The translations under genes and the position numbers were made by a program. A stretch of 64,000 nucleotides of DNA, taken from the NCBI RefSeq assembly GCF_006345805.1, contig NC_043000.1:30256001-30320000 (forward strand), written 5' to 3'. The stretch is from Octopus sinensis (lineage: Eukaryota). The notes under the pieces were generated by a model. That model saw nothing but the letters and a program-made list of their open reading frames with translations. It was not told the DNA's origin and made no database searches. This document shows, piece by piece, positions 54,942 to 64,000 of the stretch; positions within the stretch are counted from its first letter, which is position 1; each line of letters starts with the position of its first letter.

Positions 54942-56432
54942 GAGGGGCGTTCAATAAGTAATGCCCCTGACCCACTTCCCATAGCAGTAGTGCAACGAAA
55001 CTTGGCACAGTTATTAGTCTTTTTCTACATAGGAACCACCCAGAGTTACGCATTTCTCCCATTGTTTGATGCAGCTCTGGAGACCGTTTTTGGTCCTCCA
55101 ACCCGAATGTGACTTCAGAAATCAAGGCTGCATCATCTGGGAAACGCTTTCCTTTCAAAAACAACTTCATGACTGGGAAGAGGTGAAAATCAGAGGGTGC
55201 AAGGTCAGAAAAGTAGGGGGATGGGGGAGGAGTTCATAGCCATACACCTGTGCTTCTGATCTGGCGACAAGCGAGTTGTGGACCGGAGCGTTGTCCTGCA
55301 GGAGGAGGATGTCTTTGCTGATCTTGCCCCGCCTCTTGATTTTGATAACTTCTCTTAATTTCCTCAAAAGTGAAGCATAATAGGTTCCTGTAATTGTGGT
55401 ACACTTTGCCAGGAAATCTGTCATCACTACTCCGTCCTGGTCCCAGAAGACTGTGAGCATGACCTTGCCAGCGGAGGGCTGCACCCTTGCCTTCCTTGGA
55501 GGGGGTGAGTCACGGTGCTTCCACTGCATTGACTGGGCTTTGGTCTCTGGATCATCGTGATGGACCCAGGTTTCATCCTGTGTAATCAGTCTTTTGAAAA
55601 ATTTTGACTCATCTTCTTGGCACATCTCCAAATTCACCCTCGAGCACTCGACGCGTTCTTGCTTCTGGAAAGGCGTGAGCAACCTGGGAATCCATCTGGC
55701 AGACACCTTTTTCATATGCAAATGGTCATGAATGATAGTTTCCACAGACCCGGTACTAATCTTGACCTCATGGGCTATTTGGCGAATAATTATGCGTCGA
55801 TCTTCCAAAATGGCAGCCTCAACTTGATGGACAGATGCCTCATCAATGGCAGAAGGGGGCGACCAGATCTGGGAGCTGTTTCCACAGAGTTCCGACCATG
55901 TTTGAATTCACGATGCCAGAGTTTTACAAGGTCATATGATGGTGCATCATCACCATAAGTTACTTTCATTTCATCAAAAGTCTCCTGTGGTGTGCGTCCT
56001 TTCAAATACAAAAACCGGATCACTGCTCGACACTCAACAGGCTCCATTTCACACTTGACTCGGTTGAAACACCTGTAAATCAGAAACCACAATTAATTCA
56101 GAGCTGTAATTTGCCACTTACTCTATAGAGATATAAATGATTGCACATGCAAAATTTCAGCTAGATCCAACAATGCAAGTGGGTCAGAGGCATTACTTAT
56201 TGAACGTCCCTCGTATGTGTGTGTGTTTGTGTTTGTCCCCCTAGCATTGCTTGACAACCGATGCTGGTGTGTTTACGTCCCCGTCACTTAGCGGTTCGGC
56301 AAAAGAGACCGATAGAATAAGTACTGGGCTTACAAAGAATAAGTCCCGGGGTCGATTTGCTCGACTAAAGGCGGTGCTCCAGCATGGCCGCAGTCAAATG
56401 ACTGAAACAAGTAAAAGAGTAAAAGAGTAAGA
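54720..56432 (+). mobile_element. SINE family A copy split by a mariner insertion
   Basis: 5' half at about 54720-54938 and 3' half at 56216-56432. Confidence 0.9.
54941..56213 (-). mobile_element. Full-length mariner transposon (1273 bp), transposase frameshifted
   Basis: TA target duplications; TIRs cgaggggcgttcaataagtaatgcccctgacccac; MEPVECRAVIRFLYLKG..PRSGRP, WIPR, QDETW, LLQDNAPVH, LLPHPP. Confidence 0.95.
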
Positions 56433-56698
56433 GTATACTTTTCATATTTTTTATAGTGTGATGTAACGCTTTGGAATAACAATGTTTGCGGCTGAAGAGA
56501 GCTTTAAACCATCTTTTATGTCAATTATACACTGATGTAAGAACGGGTTGTTTATAAAGCTTGAACCACGTGTACCGCGATATCCTTTGTATTCTGTTTT
56601 TCATTTTATTTGATATATTCTCTCTCACCTCTGCCACTATCTGGCATATAGACGCACTTACACTTATCAAGTATTCACCCTGAATTTACAGTACCTAT

Positions 56699-56745
<47 letters not shown>

Positions 56746-57454
56746 GTTCAGTAAACAAGCCAGATATAGGATTTCCTCAAATACACGGCGAAGAAGCTCC
56801 GACTAGTCACCTTCAGCTCTTAACACCTTCTACAATTTGGATTCTTCAGAATCTGTAAGTTGGCATTCGTCAGTATTTCTCACATCTTCGCAGTGGCGAA
56901 CTTGTAGCTGTCGATAGTCGATTCATAATGTATTGCAAAAAATGAATTATTATGATGCTCGGAAGCTGATGAAAATATATGGAATCAATTTTTGCAAAAA
57001 TATTTATTTTATACAAGGAAACGACAAAACACAAACAGGAAATCAGCTACAATGGAATAAGAGATACAGATGAGAAAAAAATAAAGACTAAAATATTTGG
57101 AAAACTAAATACAAAAGTGAAATTCGATTTCTAAAAACATGAGAGAACCGACATAATCACTCAATGGCCAATAACTCGCAAAGCTCGTTAGACAGGAAGT
57201 AAACCAGTGTAAAAGCTAACAATAGCGGAAATAATCTGTGCTATAAGCAGAAACATAATGTTTGATTCTAGCTGCACATGAGCATTGCGTAGACATTACT
57301 ATTTGCAAGAATGGAATATGAAATGACGGTACTAACACGCATCGCAGACTATATTCTTTTACTGCTTGTATTTTAGTTCTTTCAGATACTGGACTGCGAC
57401 GGTGCTGGGGCATCACTTGGGAAAGATTATATATATATATAGTTAATCCAAACA

Positions 57455-57850
57455 TGAAAACACAAGGAGAAAACACAACAACGCGAAGACGTGGAACAAG
57501 TATAGTGTTATTGGACACTCAGAAAAGGGAAGAAGAAGGATTTAACGTTTCAAGCGGAGCTCTTCGTCAGAAACATAGGAAAAGGAATGATCTAAGGAAG
57601 GGAAGACGGAAGAAAAAATGGCCATATATTCATATATAAATCCTCACTAAAAAGAACAAACAAGAACACAAAAAAGACAACAACGCGAGCACGTGGTACA
57701 TGTAAAGTATTAGCAGAGGATCAAGGAAGGAAAGAAAGGTGGTGTCATGTTTCGAGCAAAGCTCTTCTTCTGAAACAAAGGAAAGTTAAATAGAAAAGGA
57801 AGACGGAGAAAAGAAAATCTCCTACGATTCGCTGTTGGTTACATTTTGAA
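57455..57850 (-). mobile_element. Two tandem copies of PLE-terminal family D with HHR remnants
   Basis: Reverse complement gtttCTGACGAagagctccgcttGAAAcgttaaat near 57540-57575; second copy near 57745-57775. Confidence 0.65.
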
Positions 57851-57884
57851 ATACACACACACACACATATGTGTGTGTGTGTGT

Positions 57885-58319
57885 ATAAAATTATAATTTA
57901 GGGTATCTAAGAGATATCTCCACGCTGGAAATAGCAGTCAAAATTTGATTCTAAGACCACATTAAATGTTCATACAGCACCAGGAAAGAAGACAAAGAGA
58001 CAAAATAAACTAGCAAAAAAATACTGGATGATTACTAGTATATTTTGTATCGTGCTGTATGGACACTTAATGTGGTTTTAGAGTCAAGATTTGACTGTTA
58101 TTTCCAGCGTGGAGGCATCTCTTATATATCCTAAATTATAATTTTAAATAATTATTACATTTGAAAGTTTTTTATTCCCATGCTGGACACCTGATAAGAT
58201 CGGTATTTTAAATATCGATGCTATCCTTATTTATATAAAGTTATATTTATACTGTGAAATTTGATTTAATCCTAAATCTAATTTTTCCCTGTAAGTTTGG
58301 ATATACTCCCTAATGTTGT

Positions 58320-58320
<1 letters not shown>
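57885..58320. repeat. Fold-back repeat, same family as 6010-6360
   Basis: Arms about 57890-57980 and 58052-58145. Confidence 0.8.
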
Positions 58321-58387
<67 letters not shown>

Positions 58388-58754
58388 ATTTACACACATA
58401 TATTAGGTGGTCTTCCACACAGGCTTTGCGTTCCAGATTTATTCGCAAGTTAGTGAATATAGACAATTACCCAGTGCCACGAAGTCTGACTGAATCTGAA
58501 ACGATGGAGTCCAAAGCAAGCTTTTAAACATAGAGGTATGTCTGTTCCTACCACATTACCCTGCCTATGGCAATAATTCTGTGAAATCGTCGACCAAATG
58601 TCTCCTATTTATCAGTGTTTATTATTAGAATATCTACACTGTCACGATCAGATTTGTCGCTATGACCAGTATGAATGCTTCGATATATGAAAACGTTTAA
58701 GAAATTGTATAAAGTCTTTCAATAGATCAGAAATCATAGAAACGTGTACAAATA

Positions 58755-59147
58755 GGCGTAGGAGTGTCTTTGTGGTAAGTAGCTTGCTTACGAACTACAT
58801 GGTTCCAGGTTGAGTCCCACTGCGTGGCATCTTGGGCAGGTGTCGTCTTCTATAGCCTCGGGCCATCCAAAGCCTTGTGAGTGGATTTAGTAGACGGAAA
58901 CTGAAAGAAGCCCGTCGTAGATAGATATATATATGTGCGTGTTTGTATATGTTTGTGTGTCTGTGTTTGCCTCCCCAACACCGCTTGACAACCGTAACTT
59001 AGCAGTTCGGTAAAAGACAGCGATAGAATAAGTACTAGGCTTAAAAATAATAAATCCTAGGGTCAATGTGCTCGACTTAAAGGCGGTACTCTAGCATCGC
59101 CACAGTCAAATGAATGAAACAAGAAAAATAGTAAAAGAGTAAAGAGT
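58755..59147 (+). mobile_element. SINE family A copy
   Basis: Homology to 415-798. Confidence 0.9.
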
Positions 59148-59694
59148 AAATACGCAAAAAAAGTAGAATGCAAGGAAACAGCTGTAATCTTCTTGGTCTT
59201 GCTATCTACATTGGTAAGAGAGCAACTCCGTAAATAAGCAATAATTGTGTATTAAACGAGATTATACTGATTATAACATAATAGATAAATAAAACGATTG
59301 TCGGACATTTTACTCGAATCTTATTAGTTTCTCCTTTCTTCCCCTGATGAAGTCGCTACGGGCGGGATCGGTGATTTCATTGACTCTTTCATGCAGAAAT
59401 AGAGAAAAGCTGAGTGAAAGCCCAGCGACCAACATTTATCTGGCATTATACATACAAGGACTGTTCAAAGAAATTTAGAGACCGTACTCTAGAATCACTA
59501 TATAATATAAAGCGGGGGGGGGGAAATATTACATGTGTTATTTTTGTTTCAGGGTCATTTACTTTCAGATATCCAACCTTTTTGTATTTACAGACGAATA
59601 CTAACAAACAAAAAGGGGAGCGGCAAATATATTTATTAGACCAAAACCGCGACCCGGCGGTCGTGATTCCGCTGCCCTGACTACTGGGCCATTG

Positions 59695-60478
59695 CAATTT
59701 TCGGTGAAAATTTTCGAAAAGATTTCGGGTAAAATTTTCAGTGAAAATTTTTGAAAAATTTTTGGGGAAAATTTTGGGTGAAAATTTTGGACAAATTTTT
59801 GTGGAAAATTTTCGAAAAATTTTTGGGGAAAATTTTCACTATAAATTTTCGAATTTATTGAGGAAAATTTTCGAAAAATTTTTTTTTAAATTTTTGTGGA
59901 AAATTTTTGGCAAAAATTTTCGAAAAATTGTTGGTGAAAATTTTTGTTAAAAGTTTCGGTGAAAATTTTCGAAAAATTTTTGGTTAAAATTTTCGAAAAA
60001 TACTGGGGAAAATTTTCGGTGAAAATTTTCGAAAACTTTTTAGCTGAAATTTTCGAAAAATATTGGGGGAAAATTTTCGGTGAAAATTTTCGGAAAATTT
60101 TTAGGTGAAATTTTCGGTGAAAATTTTCGGAAAATTTTTGGGTAAAGATTTCTGTGAAAATTTTCGAAAACTTTTTGGGTATTCCGTGAAAATATTCGGA
60201 AAATTTTTGGGTAAAATTTTCGGCAAAAATTTTCCAAAAATTGCTGTTGAAAATTTTTGGGTAAAATTTTCGAAAAATTTTTGTGTTAAGTTTTCGGTAA
60301 AAATTTTCGAAAAATATTTGGAAAAAATTTCGGCAATTTTTTCGGAAAACTTTTGGGTAAAATTTTCGGCAAAAATTTTCGAAAAATTGTTGGTGAAAAT
60401 TTTTAGGTAAAATTTTCGGTGAAAATTTTCAAAAATTTAGGAGAAATTTTTTTAAATTTTTGGGAAAAATTTTGAAAA
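59695..60478. repeat. Degenerate minisatellite of palindromic gaaaattttc(g) units
   Basis: About 780 bp of alternating A-tracts and T-tracts. Confidence 0.9.
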
Positions 60479-60655
60479 AAGCACAACAACGCGAGGACGT
60501 GGGACAAGTATAATGTTATTGGACGCTCAGGAAAGGAAAGAAAGAAGCAGGATTTAACATTTCAAGTGGAGCACTTCATCAGAAACTACGAAAAGGAAAG
60601 ATCCAACTCAGGGAATCGGAGGAAAAGAATTGCCAGCGGTACACACGCGGTCATA
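60478..60655 (-). mobile_element. PLE-terminal family D copy
   Basis: Reverse complement gtttCTGATGAagtgctccacttGAAAtgttaaat. Confidence 0.65.
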
Positions 60656-60687
60656 ATATATATATATATATATAATATATATATATA

Positions 60688-61082
60688 CTCTTTTACTCTT
60701 TTACTTTTTTACTTGTTTCAGTCAGTTGACTGCGGCCATGCTGGAGCACCGCCTTTAATCGAGCAACTCAACCCCGGGACTTATTCTTTTGTAAGCCCAG
60801 TACTTATTCTTTCGGTCTCTTTTGCAGAACCGCTAAGTAACGGGGACATAAACACACCAGCATCGGTTGTCAAGCAATGCTAGGGGGACAACACGAACAC
60901 ACAAACACACACACGCATATATATATATACATATATACGACGGGTTTCTTTCAGTTTCCGTCTACCAAATCCACTCACGAGGCTATAGTAGAAGACACTT
61001 GCCCAAGGTGCCACGCAGTGGGACTGAACCCGGAACCATGTGGTTGGTAAACAAGCTACTTACCACACAGCCACTCCTGCGC
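60688..61082 (-). mobile_element. SINE family A copy
   Basis: Reverse-complement homology. Confidence 0.9.
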
Positions 61083-62293
61083 CTATATATATATATATAT
61101 ACAAAATAAGGAAATGGAGAAAAACATCTTAATCAATCATCAACTACCAGATAATACCCAATCACATAATTTATTAAACCACCACATATGAACATTAAGG
61201 TCAGACATAATAATATAGAACAAAACAATGCACATCAATGAGTAATAAGATACAATATGTACAGTATGTATAAGTGAATATATATTGGATACATGTTATC
61301 CCATGCTGGGTTGCACTCACAAAAATTAGATTTATTTTATTTTCCATCTTTTTAATCCACATTTTACACCCTCGCATGAGGGTTACAGGCGACGGTATCA
61401 TGGGAGCAACCCATATGCTGAGTCAGTCCTTTGTTGGATTGATGAGTATCCTTGAGGATGAGCTCGTTCGCTCGACTCTCAACTGAACAGGTTGGCCGAA
61501 ACGCCGAGACTGTATGAGTTAGAGTTTTCCCGCGTCGAAGCATGAAAAAACTTTCCTGTACGTTATTTCCGTAAAAGCATTCTCTTTTTTCCCGTATAGA
61601 GCAGCCACGGAAACCTAGACTGAGAAGGAAGAGAATCGTATGACATCGAAAAGCTTTGCCTGTCACGCGCCTCATAAATACACATATGGTATGCAATTGT
61701 TTTTAATTTAGTTAGAAGGACGGTAGCTTTTGTAGGCGGTGGCTAGTGGATATCATCCACTAACGCCACTGATTGACCGGTAACTAACTTTATCGATTCC
61801 TGAAAAATGCCACTGTTCACCTTGGCAGAATTTCAACCCGGTGTGTAAAACCCAGAAACGTGTGTCTGTGTGGTAAGATTGCTTCCCAACAACAACGTTC
61901 TGGTTTCAGTCACTCTGTGTAGCACCTTAGACAAACGTCCTCTTGTGGGAGGCAATACATAAAGAGAGAGAGAGAGAGACAGAGAGAGAGACAGACAGAC
62001 AGAGAGAGAAAGATAGAGAGGAGAGAGAGAGAGAGGGAGAACCTAAGATGGCGGAAAAATATTAATAAATAACAGGGTAATTAAATATTTTGTTTTTAGA
62101 GTATTTATGATTATCAAGAAATTTGCTAAAAGTTAAGTTGTAAGTAATATCTCCTGATATTCTACATGTTGGCAAAATGATATTACCAAAGTTACCCGTC
62201 ATAAAACGGGTAACACTATAGTATAACGTATACTCAAAGCGGTTTCAAATACATTACTGCTTGTGTTCGTAACTCGCTGGAACCTTTAGTGAA

Positions 62294-62620
62294 GGCGCAT
62301 GGCTCAGTGGTTAGAGCGTCGAGCTTACGATTGTTAGGTTATGAGCTCGAATCCAGGACTGGGCCGCATGTTGTGCTCTTGAGCAAGACACTTTATTTCA
62401 CGTTGCTCCAGTTTACTCAGCAGTAGAAATGAGCTTCGACGTCACAGGTGCCAAGCTGTATCTGCTGTTGCCTTTCCCTTGGATAACACTGGTGGCGTGG
62501 AGAGGGGAGGCCGGTGTGCATAGGCGACTGATGGTCTTCCATAAAAAAACCTTGCCCGGACTCGTGCCTGGGAGAGTAACTTTCTAGGTGCAATCCCATG
62601 GTCTGTGTTATGACCGAAGG
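62294..62620 (+). mobile_element. tRNA-derived SINE (family B head, different tail)
   Basis: A box tggctcagtgg, B-box-like gctcgaatcc, tgtgctcttgagcaagacactttatttc. Confidence 0.8.
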
Positions 62621-64000
62621 GGGTCTCAGACTGCTTGTGTTATTGCTAATTAACATATATGCATCCATATATATTCTTGCAGATAGAAACGCAAACACAC
62701 AAACACACATGCCCATACATATATATATTTAACAACGGATACTGTTTAGTGTATGTTTGTGGAGAAAACAACACCGTAGTCAATCGCCTGTGGATGGTAA
62801 GTTTATGCAGAATAATGTTAAATTAATAATTGCGAGTGTTAACGTTCATCTAATCTCAGTTAAGATATATTTACAATTGAATACCAATAGCATGTAAGCA
62901 AACTTTGGTTGAACTGTCCAACTCTTTGCTTCTTGGTAGAAGACAAGCTAAGATATAGGCACAGTTCACACACACATACACATACACTCACACACGAACA
63001 CAAAGCACACACATTTCTGCATTGTGTATATCTAGATAATATACATCAGCATTGAATACATGCATATATATGTGTGATAGGGCGTATGCGTATATACATA
63101 CATGCATATACATTTATATACAAACGTATTTACACGTGTACACACACACACGCACACACATATACATAGAAATATACAACATATATAAGCGTATATATAT
63201 ATATATATATATATATGCATATATATAAATCAATATGTAACTATGAATATACATATATATATAATATATATATTAGCATTGAATACATGCATATATATGT
63301 GTGAGTGGGCGTATGTGTATATATATACATGCATATACATTTATATATATGTATATATATATACACATATATATGTGTGTGTTTAGATATAGATTGCTAG
63401 ATAGATTACATCGCATCATAATGTTACCCTCCATCTTTGTATGAGATCCAAATTCAATCACTATTGTCTTCAATTTCAAACCACTGGTCTTTTCTTTTCC
63501 CCATGAAATGTATCTTCTCATAATTTCAGCCATTCGTCACGTAAAGCATTCATTTGAAATGCCCAGTCAAATGGTGCTGACAAGTTCGGCCGATATATAC
63601 TGACTTTCAACAATGGTTTCTATACTGCCTAAATTATTAGAATCAGCAACAGTGCTACAAGTAAGCTGTCTTTTCTCTTTCTTACATGCAGTAGTTGAAG
63701 ATTGGTTTGTCAATAGAAATCTTCACAAAACTTTGCACAATAATGCGACCCATGCATACAACTAGTGATATGAAGGATTACTTTTTTTTTTATTCAAGTA
63801 TATTCAACAAATTTCAGTTGATTAGAAGAGGAGAGCGAATCATGAATAACTGGGAAAGATTCATTGTTCGGTGAGTGTGCATGTTGACAAAAAGAAACAA
63901 AATGTATTTCACATATGTATGGATGTATGAATATATGTATGTTTCCATGTATGTATGTATCTATTCTCACCCCCCCCCCCCACACACACACACAAAGAGA

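Noticed and set aside
56390-56420. Hammerhead at the SINE A end (agtc-aaat-gact-GAAAC-aa-GTA)
   Set aside because: The 3' half resembles an HHR but no CUGANGA-like core lies upstream.
61480-61520. HHR-like ctgaacaggttggccgaaacgcc
   Set aside because: G8 is absent without compensation, there is no NUH site and no stem I.

Overview
AT-rich, repeat-saturated eukaryotic genomic DNA. The SINE families and microsatellite load suggest an octopus (inference from sequence recognition, not a search). No intact host protein-coding exon could be supported, and most ORFs in the track are translated microsatellites. Recognisable mobile DNA: a near full-length Neptune-type Penelope-like element (PLE; RT + GIY-YIG, 24.9-31.9 kb, minus strand), a second PLE RT fragment, a mariner nested in a SINE, fragments of Tx1/L1, RTE, CR1, R4/Dong, a Tc1-like element, Tigger and Helitron, about 20 SINE copies, and a U6 snRNA copy. 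The most striking signal is a coherent RNA-based system. At least five unrelated repeat families carry minimal type I hammerhead ribozyme (HHR) motifs. These families, the PLE itself, a U6 copy and tRNA-headed elements share one architecture: a main copy (sometimes a tandem partial dimer) with an inverted copy fused to its 5' end, often set in (TA)n. This suggests PLE machinery mobilising retrozyme-like RNAs and Pol III transcripts in trans. All ribozyme calls are by-eye folds and have not been tested.
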